Shown one piece after another: positions 26,491 through 42,244 of a stretch of 64,000 nucleotides of DNA. The notes below the pieces were generated by a model. It was not told the DNA's origin. It searched no databases and saw only the letters and a program-made list of their open reading frames with translations. Each line of letters begins with the position of its first letter. Position 1 is the stretch's first letter. The position numbers and the translations under genes are program-made. This stretch comes from Eledone cirrhosa. Lineage: Eukaryota. The DNA lies in contig OZ024761.1 in NCBI GenBank assembly GCA_964016885.1, positions 6,696,001 through 6,760,000 of the forward strand, in the 5' to 3' direction.

Positions 26491-26785
26491 GCCAAAATAG
26501 CAGACACTGATATTAAATACATCCTTTTGAAATGAGTGATTAAGTGATTACATTCAATATGGCCACCGTACTGTGGTAGAGTAGCAGAGGTGTAATGTTT
26601 ACACTATACTGAAAGTTCCCTTGTGTGACCCTGGCTCAAAATATACATTGCTTCAATAATATTTTGCAAAATCACAAAGTGAAACTTTAAGTAGCATAAG
26701 CAATACTTGTGCTGCAACAATATATATAGAGATTCAACTCGTGCTCATTGAATCTCTACATATTCTTGTTGACAGGTTCACTATA

Positions 26786-26923
<138 letters not shown>

Positions 26924-27152
26924 TATATGTATAAGAAAGCCGTAGAGCAAACACAATACATAAGGAAGTAGAAATATATATTTTTATGTAAATATATGCA
27001 TTGTAAAAACATCTTTTGATAGAAAAGCTAGAATATATATATGCATAAAAACATAACCTGAAAAGAAAAAAATATAATATAACATAGCAAGCAAGCAAAG
27101 AAAAGAACAAGAGATAGAACATGAGTTAAAGAAACTTACCAACATAATAAAA

Positions 27153-27375
27153 TAATTGTTTCTACTTTAGGCACAAGGCCAGCAATTTTGGAGTGGAGGG
27201 GAAAAGTTGAAAAGTTGATCAAATCAACCTAGTGCATTACTGGTATTTTGTTTTATCAACCCCCGTAAGGATGAAAGGCAAAGTTAACTGTGGCAGCATT
27301 TAAAATCAGAACGCAAAGGGTTGTAATTCTGTGTCGCAAAGCTTTTAGTCTGACGCTCTACCAATCCACTGTCCT
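27153..27375 (-). mobile_element. Main-family tRNA-derived SINE (diverged)
   Basis: Diagnostic blocks present. Confidence 0.8.
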
Positions 27376-28064
27376 ACAAATAATTGCTAACGCAGACACA
27401 AAGTCACACATTTGGAGGATGATGTATGTGGTTGAGTGGAAGTGGGGTTTGTTTTGGTTTGACTGGCTATTTTACTTAATAATCCACTGGCAGGATAAAA
27501 GGCAAAGTTAACCTCCATCTGAATTTTGAAGTTAAAATATGAAGCTATTGCATCAGGTTTTAGCTAATCAATTCTTTTCTATGGACACTTAACTCCTGAT
27601 ACAGTGAGAGAGGAACCATCACTGGGCTAAATCAGAAGTATTTAGCTGCATACTGTCGTGTTTGGAGCTCAAAATCTGGCCTCCTGTTGCCAGAGAAACA
27701 AACAAACAAAAAAAGGTGATATGACAGGCCTTGTGGCTAACAACAATGACCAAGTCCACCTTGGGGTATATCATTAGACACAGTTTCTACATTGAACGAG
27801 ATGAGGACTTTTGTTGAAGGACACCCAAATGTAGAAAACTTGCCAAGGAAAGGGTTGAGGACTGTTTAGTTGTGTCAAGGGCACAGCAGCCTCTTTAAAG
27901 CACCTGGTACACTCATTAAATGATGATGATGATGAAAGAATTGTCTCGTCACATGAGAGTAATTAGCACCAGAGACCTCACTAAACAGACCAAGTAAACA
28001 TCATCATCATCGATATACACAAACTTGCTCAAGTTGGGTTTTCAAAGTAAATAATAATAGATAG

Positions 28065-28250
28065 ATTCTACTTTTGGCACAAGGCCAGCAATTATCTCAG
28101 TGTATTACTGGTACTTTATTTTATCGACCTCATAAGAATGAAAGGCAAACGCAACCTCGGATGGATTTTCAATCAGATCGTAAAGGGCCATAACTCCATG
28201 CTGCAAAGCATGGAGTCTGACGCTCTACTGATACTGCCAATCCACCACCA
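28065..28250 (-). mobile_element. Main-family tRNA-derived SINE
   Basis: Diagnostic blocks present. Confidence 0.85.
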
Positions 28251-28503
28251 AATAATAATAATAATACATTATCAAATAGAATGAAATACACTAAGCTGTT
28301 AAAACAATATCTGGAAGTCAAAAATGCAAAAAAAATACAAAAAAAATATAAAAAAATAAAGAAAAAAAAAATAGAAAAGTTTTTAAAAAAAAAACAATAA
28401 AAAAACAATTATAACAACAAAATATAAAACAATAAAAATATAAGAATATATGAAGCAGAAAAAACTGAAGCTTCGACAATGTCATGCAGTTATAGCATGC
28501 TGG

Positions 28504-28556
<53 letters not shown>

Positions 28557-28639
28557 TATGGAGAGAGAGAGATGAAGATGTGGAGAGTGAGAGAAATGTG
28601 GAATGGTGTATAATGAATATGGGGATGAAATATATATAG

Positions 28640-28742
28640 AAAAGCTTCTACAGGACTAGAACTGTTTCATTTGTGAGAAATCATACTCTGCTATGTATTG
28701 AGTACCTTACTTACTGTGGTTACCCCCATTGAACCCAGAATA

Positions 28743-28789
<47 letters not shown>

Positions 28790-28801
28790 GTATATATATA
28801 T

Positions 28802-28839
<38 letters not shown>

Positions 28840-28877
28840 ATATATACACATATATATATATACACATGTATATATAT

Positions 28878-28919
<42 letters not shown>

Positions 28920-29147
28920 GTATATATATATATACACACACATATATATATATATATACACACGTATATATATATATACACACACATATATATATATATA
29001 TATATACACGTATATATATATATACACACACATATATATATATATATATATATTTATTAAAATAACAGATTTATACATACATATATATATATATATACAC
29101 GTATATATATATATATATACACGTATATATATATATATATATACACG

Positions 29148-29180
<33 letters not shown>

Positions 29181-29427
29181 ATATATATACATATATATAT
29201 ATGTATGTATATATATATACACATATATATATATGAGTCATAGTCTCATCCGGGGCTAACCACAGCAAGTAAGGTACTCAATATATTAGTAGAGTATATA
29301 TAAACTTGAATATAGATACGGCTTCTGCAGGACTAGAACTGTTTCATTCATAGGAAATCATCAGCAAAGCCCTGATGATTTACTACGAATGAAACAGTTC
29401 TAGTCCTGTAGAAGCCATGTCTATATT
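28640..29427. mobile_element. Foldback Penelope-like non-autonomous element (A-B-(TA)n-B'-A-A') with hammerhead-like cores
   Basis: 28690-28727 is inverted relative to 29252-29290. A near-perfect hairpin at 29309-29427 carries CTGATGA...GAAACAG on both strands. A related copy lies at 22090-22210. Confidence 0.55.
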
Positions 29428-29870
29428 AAACCTTTTATATATATATGGTTTAGTATTGAGAGTTGCAAGAGAAGGAGCAGTGAGAAACCCTTGACCAGGG
29501 AACTCTCTCTGCGTCATTACAAAGTCACCAACTTTTTGATGGCACTGTAATCATACGAGAAAAACTGATTTGACCTTAATTAAGTTATATCACACACCTA
29601 TATACACATACATATATATACACATACACACAACTATGTATACACACACACAAATATATATATACATATATATATATATATAATATATATACACACATAC
29701 ACACACACACACAGATGAAAGAAGAAAATGGGGGAACTTTTTGATGAACTCATAGAAAAAGATGAAATAGGAAGTGTATATACAATACAAGATGTGACTG
29801 ATAAATTTGCATATATACAACACCAAGTGACTGAGTGAGGGAGTGTACCATGATTATATATATATATATA

Positions 29871-30053
29871 CTGGGGTCCCTATCATTCCACTGCAAAGTG
29901 GACGTGTAGGTGCCACGGAAAAAAAAAAAGCACCAAGCACTCACTGTAAATGAGGTTGGTGTTAGGAAGGGCATCCAGCTGTAGAAATCAAGCCAGAATC
30001 AGTTCCCGTCCCACCCTTGCAAGCAGGGAAAAGCGGACGTAAAATGATGATGA
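29871..30053 (+). mobile_element. SINE/RTE-tail-type element ending in (GAT)n
   Basis: gttaggaagggcatccagctgtagaaa...gcggacgtaaaatgatgatgat; near-identical inverted copy at 60058-60243. Confidence 0.85.
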
Positions 30054-30424
30054 TATATATAAGAAAATGAGGGGTTTTTTTTAATGAAAAAGAAAAAAAG
30101 ATGTCCTATACGAGTTTAAGTATAAGGAAAAGAAATTGAATATATATATATATGTATATTATAGTAGCAAATGTATAATGATATAATGGACTTATGAATG
30201 AACTTTACCAAGGCTGAGATAAAAACAAACAAGAATAAGCCCCAAAATACTGTAGATATATCAACAGAGATCTTATGGCTATAAAAATCTTATTTCAGAG
30301 CAACAGGTGTAATATATATTTGATTGTAAAACATCCACTATTGACAGATTTGCTCCTATATGTCAGGGCAGTTTAGAGATATGACTGGCTGGAACTAGGC
30401 TAAAAATAAAGAGAGAATCAGGTA

Positions 30425-31130
30425 TTTGGTTACTACTAGAGTGTCTGGCACTAGGTTACTGCTAGAGAGAGTCTGGCATTAGGTTACTGCTAGAGAGAGT
30501 CTGGCACCAGGTTATTGCTAGAGAGTGTCTGGCACTAGGTTACTGCTAGAGAGAGTCTGGCACTAGGTTACTGCTAGAGAGAGTCTGGCATTAGGTTACT
30601 GCTAGAGAGAGTCTGGCATTAGGTTATTGCTAGAGAGTGTCTGGCACTAGGTTACTGCTAGAGAGAGTCTGGCACTAGGTTACTGCTAGAGAGAGTCTGG
30701 CACCAGGTTATTGCGAGAGAGAGTCTGGCACCAGGTTACTGCTAGAGAGAGTCTGGCATTAGGTTATTGCTAGAGAGTGTCTGGCACTAGGTTACTGCTA
30801 GAGAGAGTCTGGCATTAGGTTACTGCTAGAGAGAGTCTAGCACCAGGTTATTGTTAGAGAGAGTCTGGCACCAGGTTATTGCGAGAGAGAGTCTGGCACC
30901 AGGTTACTGCTCGAGAGTCTGGCACCAGGTTATTGCTAGAGAGAGTCTGGCACCAGGTTATTGCTAGAGAGAGTCTGGCACCAGGTTATTGCTAGAGAGA
31001 GTCTGGCACCAGGTTATTGCTAGAGAGAGTCTGGCACCAGGTTATTGCTAGAGAGAGTCTGGCACCAGGTTATTGCTAGAGAGAGTCTGGCACCAGGTTA
31101 TTGCTAGAGAGAGTGACACCAGGCTACTAG
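30425..31130. repeat. 28-bp minisatellite (about 25 copies)
   Basis: Unit gctagagagagtctggcaccaggttatt. Confidence 0.97.
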
Positions 31131-31255
31131 AGAATCTATCAACAGAATTGAAAGTAAGCAAGAGAAGAGGAAATAAGATGAGGATATGTTGATTACACAA
31201 GGAAAATAAAACTGAAGCAGCAGCAACATTGTTGCTCCTCCCACACATGGTGTAT

Positions 31256-32087
31256 GGTCCAATAGAGAGGGGGGAGTCAACAGTTGGTCCAATAGAGAGG
31301 GGGGAGTCAACAGTTGGTCCAATAGAGAGGGGGGAGTCAACAGTTGGTCCAATAGAGAGGGGGGAGTCAACAGTTGGTCCAATAGAGAAGGGGGAGCCAA
31401 CAGTTGGTCCAATAGAGAGGAGGGAGTCAACAGTTGGTCCAATAGAGAGGGGGGAGTCAACAGTTGGTCCAATAGAGAGGGGGGAGTCAACAGTTGGTCC
31501 AATAGAGAGGGGGGAGTCAACAGTTGGTCCAATAGAGAGGGGGGAGCCAACAGTTGGTCCAATAGAGAGGGGGGAGCCAACAGTTGGTCCAATAGAGAGG
31601 GGGGAGTCAACAGTTGGTCCAATAGAGAGGGGGAGGTCAACAGTTGGTCCAATAGAGAGGGGGGAGTCAACAGTTGGTCCAATAGAGAGGGGGGAGTCAA
31701 CAGTTGGTCCAATAGAGAGGGGGGAGTCAACAGTTGGTCCAATAGAGAGGGGGGAGTCAACAGTTGGTCCAATAGAGAGGGGGGAGTCAACAGTTGGTCC
31801 AATAGAGAGGGGGGAGCCAACAGTTGGTCCAATAGAGAGGGGGGAGCCAACAGTTGGTCCAATAGAGAGGGGGGAGCCAACAGTTGGTCCAATAGAGAGG
31901 GGGGAGTCAACAGTTGGTCCAATAGAGAGGGGGAGGTCAACAGTTGGTCCAATAGAGAGGGGGGAGTCAACAGTTGGTCCAATAGAGAGGGGGGAGTCAA
32001 CAGTTGGTCCAATAGAGAGGGGGGAGTCAACAGTTGGTCCAATAGAGAGGGGGGAGTCAACAGTTGGTCCAATAGAGAGGGGGAGTT
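31256..32087. repeat. 30-bp highly homogeneous minisatellite (about 28 copies)
   Basis: Unit ggtccaatagagaggggggagtcaacagtt. Confidence 0.98.
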
Positions 32088-32489
32088 GATATATATACGT
32101 GAAGTACATTGGAGAAGGGAGGAGTTAATTGAAAATTCCCCAAAATGGATTTAGGGTATGCTGATTGCAAGAAAAACATGGAAAGGCACTTGTTACAGTT
32201 GCGTTAGCTAGATCAAAGTCTAAGTATGGTGAAGTTGTGAGATCTGTGCAATACCAGTAATAAGCTCTGGTCTAGATGTGAAATGTACACTTATAAAGCA
32301 GGCATTAAGCCCAGACCAAACGTTGGCACATCCCCCCACCTAAAGCTGATTTAAAGTTCCCAGATGTTATAAGTAGGACCCCAATTTAAACTGTTAATTA
32401 AGTATTTTAGTAATCAAAACTCAATAGATATGATTTGAGTATCGCTTATATGTATACACATTATATACACACACACACACACACACGTG

Positions 32490-32531
<42 letters not shown>

Positions 32532-32721
32532 GTATATGATGTATTTACAAATAACAACAGAATAAAAGAGATGGAATGAGCTAACTATTCCACCCCCACC
32601 TCAAAAGGCCCATGCTAAGTGTCCCACATACGGGTGGGTGGGGGGTGGGGGGGGGCTGGCATGAGTGTAACTCAACAGAGTGGGGGAGGAAAGAATGTGG
32701 CAAGTATAGCTCAATAGAGGA

Positions 32722-33360
32722 GTCAGAATAGGGGGCTATAGAGGGGTCAGAATAGGGGGCTATAGAGGGGTCAGAATAGGGGGCTATAGAGGGGTCAGAA
32801 TAGGGGGCTATAGAGGGAGAAAAGACATTAAATCAGACAAGAGAGTGTGGGAGAGAGAGAGAGGGACAAGAGTGTGTGTGGGAGAGAGTTGGGGACAAAG
32901 AGAGAGAGAGAGTATGAGAGAGAGATGGGGACAGACAGAGAGAGAGAGAGTGTGTGGGGGAGAGATATGGGGACAAAGGGAGAGAGTGTATGGGGACAAA
33001 GAGAGTGTGTGGGAGAGAGATGGGGACAAAGAGAGAGAGAGAGAGAGTGTGAGAGAGATGGGGACAGAGAGAGAGAGAGATGGGGACAGAGAGAGAGAGA
33101 GAGAGATGGGGACAGAGAGAGAGAGAGAGATGGGGATGGGGACAGAGAGAGAGAGTGTGTGGGAGAAATGGGGAGAGAGAGAAATGGGGACAAACAGAGA
33201 GAGAGAGAGAGATGGGGACAAACAGAGAGAGAGAGAGAGATGGGGACAAACAGAGAGAGAGAGAGATGGGGACAAAGAGAGAGATACAAGAGAGTGTGTG
33301 GGAGAGAGAGAGAGGTAGGGACAAGAGAGTGAGAGAGAGGGACAAGAGAGTGAGAGAGAT
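32722..33360. repeat. 24-bp repeat (4 copies) followed by a GA-rich atggggaca repeat
   Basis: tcagaatagggggctatagagggg; (ga)n-atggggaca. Confidence 0.9.
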
Positions 33361-33619
33361 AATGGCAGCATTGTTTTATGCAAATGATGCCAGTTGTGAA
33401 CCCCAGAATTTGCAACACTAAGCGAGAGAAAAGTAAACTGTGCAGGAAAATATAATTGACCAACGATAAGAACATTATACACACAATATATATTACATGT
33501 ATGTATAATGACAAAAGCAAAATCAATTCTAGCTAAAAAAACAAACAAAAATAAAACAATATCCAATGAAAGGGAGATGAGATGAAAATAAGTGATGTTA
33601 AATAAATGAAACAATGAGT

Positions 33620-33730
33620 GAATATGTGAGATATATATATATATATAAACGTGAGATATATACATATATATACATACATACATACATATATATAAACGTG
33701 TGAGACATATATATATTTATATATGTGTGA

Positions 33731-33768
<38 letters not shown>

Positions 33769-34054
33769 GTGAGACTATATATATATATAAACGTGAGACT
33801 ATATATATATAAACGTGAGACTATATATATATAAACGTGAGACTATATATATATAAATGTGAGACATATATATATAAATGTGAGACATATATATATAAAT
33901 GTGAGACATATATATATAAATGTGAGATATATATATATAAATGTGAGATATATATATATAAATGTGAGATATATATATATAAATGTGAGATATATATATA
34001 TAAATGTGAGATATATATATAAACGCGAGACATATATATATATATATGTCTCAC

Positions 34055-34090
<36 letters not shown>

Positions 34091-34214
34091 ATGACTATAT
34101 ATATATATATATATATAAACATGAGACTATATATATATAAACATGAGACTATATATATATAAACATGAGACTATATATATATAAACGTGAAACATACATA
34201 TATATAAACGTGAA

Positions 34215-34262
<48 letters not shown>

Positions 34263-34290
34263 GTGAGACATATATATATATATATGTGTG
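33620..34290. repeat. About 21-bp AT-rich minisatellite
   Basis: atatatataaatgtgagac. Confidence 0.9.
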
Positions 34291-35115
34291 TACAGAAGAA
34301 TAAGCACTAAATACGGCAAAGAAATGAAATAAAATATGACAATAATGACAACGATATATGATAAACCAAGATACTTGAAATGAAAAGTTGGAAGAAATGT
34401 GCTAAGAAAATAAATGGAGAAATAGAAAATAAAATTTAAATAAAAGTTTTTTAAAAGTGTTGAAATGCAATGCAGATATATGCACATTATATATATATAT
34501 ATATAATATAAAATAATATATATATATATAATATAAGTACACGCATATATATATGTGCGTATATATATATAACACACACACACATATATATAAGTACATA
34601 TATATAAACTCATATATATATATAAGTACATATATGTACATGTACATATATATATATATATGTAGAAAAAAGGTTAAAAATAAACTGTCTCACCTAGAAT
34701 ATCCAGAAGAATAGCAAAAGTCCCTTCTCTCGAGTTTTGTTAGAGGGCAGAAGATGACCAACAGACTTCTAACATCCCAATGGTGTACAGAGAAAGACTG
34801 ACCCGGTGAACAAAACCTTAGGGGAAATATACTTACTCTAGAGAGGAGAGAGGGGGGGCTTTAAAAAACACAACTCAAATCTCACACTGAATAGACAAAA
34901 CATAGATTATCTTCTTTCATCAGCTCTGATAAGTTTTGTTTCATTTTGTGGCATGTTTTTTTCGTGTAACCTGATTTTCCATTTGCATTTTTGGACAAAG
35001 TTTTTTTCCCTCTTCAAAGTTTCTTGTTTTATGTGGGGGGTTCCATTTTTCATTTGTTTATGCTTATTTCCAAAATTTCGTTTTTATTATATATGCTAAA
35101 TGTGCCAGAAAAGGT

Positions 35116-35160
<45 letters not shown>

Positions 35161-35400
35161 ATCTTTTTTTTACACCTGAGGGTGTATGAGAGGAATTATG
35201 CCAACAATAAATCTTGTCATTTATTGTCCCTTTAAACATGTCTATTATAAAGACCTTAGCTTTCCTTTCCAGGGTTTTGTTGTTTTGATTCTTTCTTCAA
35301 ATGTTTACATCTCACTCCAGTTGTCGCCGAAAACTGGATCAAGTATTAAAAACAAACCCCTTGATGTGGCAGATAAAAGATTAAAATTCAAATATATATT

Positions 35401-35442
<42 letters not shown>

Positions 35443-35505
35443 GCACTACATACACTCAAACATACATTACAAGAGTGGACTTATTACGATATTGTTCAAA
35501 ACCAT

Positions 35506-36910
35506 AAGCTTGATGACCTCACAGAAGTGGATCAAGCTTGATGGCCACACAGAAGTGGATCAAGCTTGATGGCCACACAGAAGTGGATCAAGCTTGATGG
35601 CCTCAGAGCAATGGAGCAAGCTTGATGGCCTCAGAGCAATGGAGCAAGCTTGATAGCCACACAGCAGTGGAGCAAGCTTGATAGCCACACAGCAGTGGAG
35701 CAAGCTTGATAGCCACACAGCAGTGGAGCAAGCTTGATAGCCACACAGCAGTGGAGCAAGCTTGATAGCCACACAGCAGTGGAGCAAGCTTGATGGCCAC
35801 ACAGCAGTGGAGCAAGCTTGATGGCCACACAGCAGTGGAGCAAGCTTGATGGCCACACAGCAGTGGAGCAAGCTTGATGGCCACACAGCAGTGGAGCAAG
35901 CTTGATGGCCACACAGCAGTGGAGCAAGCTTGATGGCCACACAGCAGTGGAGCAAGCTTGATGGCCACACAGCAGTGGAGCAAGCTTGATGGCCACACAG
36001 CAGTGGAGCAAGCTTGATGGCCACACAGCAGTGGAGCAAGCTTGATGGCCACACAGCAGTGGAGCAAGCTTGATGGCCTCACAGCAGTGGATCAAGCTTG
36101 ATGGCCTCACAGCAGTGGATCAAGCTTGATGGCCTCACAGCAGTGGATCAAGCTTGATGGCCTCACAGCAGTGGATCAAGCTTGATGGCCTCACAGCAGT
36201 GGATCAAGCTTGATGGCCTCACAGCAGTGGATCAAGCTTGATGGCCTCACAGCAGTGGATCAAGCTTGATGGCCTCACAGCAGTGGATCAAGCTTGATGG
36301 CCTCACAGCAGTGGATCAAGCTTGATGGCCTCACAGCAGTGGATCAAGCTTGATGGCCTCACAGCAGAGGATCAAGCTTGATGACCTCATGGCAGAGGAT
36401 CAAGGTTCATGACCTCATGGCAGAGGATCAAGCTTCATGGCCACATAACAGATGAATCTTGATGGCCACACAACTGAGGATCAAGTTTGATGGCCACACA
36501 GCAGAGGATCAAGTTTGATGGCCACACAGCAGAGGATCAAGTTTGATGGCCACACAGGAGAAAATCAAGTTTGATGGTCACACAGGAGAGGATCAAGTTT
36601 GATGACCTCACAGCAGAGGATCAAGCTTGATGACCTCACAGCAGAGGATCAAGCTTGATGACCTCACAGCAGAGGATCAAGCTTGATGACCTCACAGCAG
36701 ACGATCAAGCTTGATGACCACAGCAGAGATGAATCTTGATGACCACACACTAGCTTCATGGTCACATATCAGAAATTGAGCTTGAGGTTCACATCAGGGC
36801 TTAAGTTTGATGGCCACACCTCAGATCAATTTTAATAGCCACACAGCAGATCAACTCTGGTGGTCATATTGCAAGATCTAAGCTAGATAGCCATACAGGA
36901 AACCAAGCTT
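35506..36910. repeat. 28-bp minisatellite with HindIII site, degenerating towards its right end
   Basis: Unit caagcttgatggccacacagcagtggag. Confidence 0.97.
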
Positions 36911-37344
36911 ATGGTTTGAATTCTCTAAGTTTCACTTTTAAATTTGTGAGTCCTAACTTTCCTATCATCAGAGAGGGAAATGCAGTACTCCTGGTCTATT
37001 TTAGGCCATATTTTTAATGAATAAAGGCCAATATTAATAGATCTAATTTTTTTTTTCCAATTTAAACTCTTAAGGCAAGAAAAAAAAAGAGCGTAATTTC
37101 ATGACAATTTGAAGGAAAATGTGTTTTTGTTTTAAGTATTGGTATATCTCAACGTTGCATGTTTGATCAAATATTTGCACAATATTACAAAAACTTCTAA
37201 GGGGTAAGAGATAAAAGTGAAAAAGATTATAATAAAAATTTATAGAATTCTCAACCCTTTCACTGTACCAAAATTGAACTTCCATTCAAATCTAACATTG
37301 TCAACCGGAAATTTACTGTGTATATATTGTATTTACTGACTACA

Positions 37345-40116
37345 TGTATTCACACACACATATATACATAAATATATATACATTTATACGCATATATACA
37401 CACACATATATATATATATACACAATATATACATATATATACAATATATACAATATATATATACAATATATATATACAATATATACAATATATACAATAT
37501 ATACATACAATATATATATACAATATATATATACAATATATATATACAATATATATATACAATATATATATACAATATATATATACAATATATATATACA
37601 ATATATATATACAATATATACATACAATATATACATACAATATATACATACAATATATACATACAATATATACATACAATATATACATACAATATATACA
37701 TATACAATATATATATACAAATATATATATATATACAATATATATATATACAATATATATACATATATACAATATATATATATACAATATATATACAATA
37801 TGCACAATATATACACATATATATATACATACATACATACACATATATATATATATACATACATACACATATATATATATACATACATACACATATATAT
37901 ATATATACATACATACACATATATATATACATACATACATACACATATATATACATACATACATACACATATATATACATACATACATACACATATATAT
38001 ACATACATACATACACATATATACATACATACATACACATATATACATACATACATACACATATATACATACATACATACACATATATACATACATACAT
38101 ACACATATATACATACATACATACACATATATACATACATACATACACATATATACATACATACATACACATATATACATACATACATACACATATATAC
38201 ATACATACATACACATATATACATACATACATACACATATATACATACATACATACACATATATACATACATACATACACATATATACATACATACATAC
38301 ACATATATACATACATACATACACATATATACATACATACATACACATATATACATACATACATACACATATATACATACATACATACACATATATACAT
38401 ACATACATACACATATATACATACATACATACACATATATACATACATACATACACATATATACATACATACATACACATATATACATACATACATACAC
38501 ATATATACATACATACATACACATATATATATATACATACACATATATATATATACATACACATATATATATATACATACATACACATATATATATATAT
38601 ACATACATACATACACATATATATATATACATACATACATACACATATATATATATACATACATACATACACATATATATACATATACATACATACATAC
38701 ACATATATATACATACATACATACATACACATATATATACATACATACATACACATATATATACATACATACATACATACACATATATATACATACATAC
38801 ATACATACACATATATATACATACATACATACATACACATATATATACATACATACATACATACACATATATATACATACATACACATATATATACATAC
38901 ATACATACATATATATATACATACATACATACACATATATATACATACATACATACACATATATATACATACATACACACACATATATATACATACATAC
39001 ATACACACACATATATATACATACATACATACATACACATATATATACATACATACATACATACACATATATATACATACATACATACACATATATATAT
39101 ATACATACATACACATATATATATATATACATACACATATATATATACATACATACACATATATATATATATACATACATACACATATATATATATACAT
39201 ACATACACATATATATACATACATACACATATATATACATACATACATATATATATACATACATACATACACATATATATATATATACATACATACACAT
39301 ATATATATATACATACATACACATATATATACATACATACACATATATATACATACATACACATATATATACATACATACATATATATATACATACATAC
39401 ATACACATATATATATATACATACATACACATATATATATATACATACATACACATATATATATATACATACATACACATATATATATATACATACATAC
39501 ACATATATATATATACATACATACACATATATATATATACATACATACACATATATATATATACATACATACACATATATATATATACATACATACACAT
39601 ATATATATATACATACATACACATATATATATATACATACATACACATATATATATATACATACATACATACACATATATATATATACATACATACACAT
39701 ATATATATATACATACATACACATATATATATATACATACATACACATATATATATATACATACATACACATATATATATATACATACATACATATATAT
39801 ATATACATACATACATATATATATATACATACATACATATATATATATACATACATATATATATATACATAAATACACACACATATATATATACATATAT
39901 ACACACATATATACATATATACACACATATACATATATACACACATATATATATACATATATACACACATATATACATACATATATACACATATATACAT
40001 ACATATATACACACATATATACATACATATATACACACATATATATATACACATATATATATATATACATATATACACACATATATACATACACATATAT
40101 ATATATATATACACAC

Positions 40117-40147
<31 letters not shown>

Positions 40148-41409
40148 TATATATACACATATATATACATATATACACACATATATATACATATATACAC
40201 ACATATATATACATATATACACACATATATACATATATACACACATATATATACATATATACACACATATATATACATATATACACACATATATACATAT
40301 ATACACACATATATACATATATACACACATATATACATATATACACACATATATACACATATATACACACACATATATACACACATACATATATACACAC
40401 ATACATATATACACACATACATATACATATATACACATATACACACATATATATACATATATACACATATACATACATATATACACATATACACACATAT
40501 ATACATATACACACATATACACACATATGGTGGCTGCCAACTCGTTTTCGAGTACGGCCACTACTTTATATCCATGTAGGAGAACCCCTACTGATGCGCT
40601 GAACGAGTGTGACTTTTTAGTCCAGCCAGCGACTTGAAAGCTCTGGTACAAAGACTACACTTGTGACAATTATTGACACATAGTGCTGGGTCCATGGTAC
40701 CATGTGACGACAAATACACACATATATATACATATATACACACATATACATACATATATACATACATATATATATACATATATACACACATATATATATA
40801 CATATATACACACATATATATATACATATATACACACATATATATATACATATATACACATATATATATACATATATACACACATATATATATACATATA
40901 TACACACATATATATATACATATATACACACATATATATATACATATATACACACATATATATATACATATATACACACATATATATATACATATATACA
41001 CACATATATATATACATATATACACACACATATATATACATATATACACACATATATATATACATATATACACACACATATATATACATATATACACACA
41101 CATATATATACATATATACACACATATATATATACATATATACACACATATATATATACATATATACACACATATATATATACATATATACACACATATA
41201 TATATACATATATACACACATATATATACATATATATATATACATATATACACATACATATATACACATACATATATACATATATACACACATACACACA
41301 CATACATACACACACACATACACACACACATATATACACACATACATACACACATATACATATACACATACATATACATATATACATACATATACATATA
41401 TACATATAT

Positions 41410-41442
<33 letters not shown>

Positions 41443-41653
41443 CATATACATATACACACACACACACATACACACACATACACATATACACACATACATA
41501 TATACACACATACATATATATATACATATATATACATATATACACACACATACATATATATACATATATACACACACATACATATATATACATATATACA
41601 CACACATACATATATATACATATATACACACACATACATATATATACATATAT

Positions 41654-41692
<39 letters not shown>
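37345..41692. repeat. About 4.3-kb (TA/CA/TACA) compound microsatellite, interrupted at 40529-40712
   Basis: Direct inspection. Confidence 0.98.
40529..40712 (-). mobile_element. RTE (BovB-like) LINE extreme 3' end with a C2H2-like finger
   Basis: [25 protein letters not shown], then a short 3'UTR hairpin (ACTCGAAAACGAGT) running into the microsatellite. Confidence 0.7.
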
Positions 41693-42244
41693 CAGGATGA
41701 TGCTTTCAAGCTCAGAAATGCTTATAAAATTGGGTGTAGACCCTTAAAAGTATTTTATAAGGTATCTTTGTAGTATTTCTGTGCTTGAACACATCCTCAT
41801 TTATACTTATATATATATTCACATCTTGTAAAGGGGTGACTAAAAGGGTTAATGTCTGGTTGTAAAACTCAAATCATCCTGGCCAATCAATGCCAGCATG
41901 GAAACTTGGACGGAAAATTATCATATCTATACATATATATATATTTGCTAAAAGTTTCTTTCATTGTAGACATGGTGTGTACTATGTATATTATTTTCAA
42001 TTCTTAATTCAAAAGAGTGCAGATTTCAAGGGGAGACAACTAATTGACAGACTATAAATATAATTTTCTTTTTATATTAACTCTCTCCATCACAAATGAA
42101 GAAAAGACAAAGTTGACCTTAGCTGCATTCAAACCGTAAATAAATAATAATATAGAAAGAACAACACTGAAACAAGACAAAACTCAGGCCCACAGATCTG
42201 CGATTCGTAAAGCAGTGACCACACAATAGAAGACTGAATAATAA

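Noticed and set aside
31048-32109. 10-aa repeat ORFs on both strands
   Set aside because: 30-bp minisatellite open in several frames, with no splice or codon evidence.
30425-36400. CRISPR-like regular 28-30-bp repeats
   Set aside because: Head-to-tail units with no unique spacers, no cas genes, and a eukaryotic context.
40588-40670. Host C2H2 zinc-finger gene exon
   Set aside because: A single finger followed by a stop, a short hairpin and a microsatellite tail fits an RTE LINE end.
37340-41773. ORFs of 340-1100 aa rich in Y/I/C/V/M/H/T
   Set aside because: Translations of TA/CA microsatellite that are open in several frames. The same applies to the ORFs at 232-1964, 57135-59797 and similar tracts.
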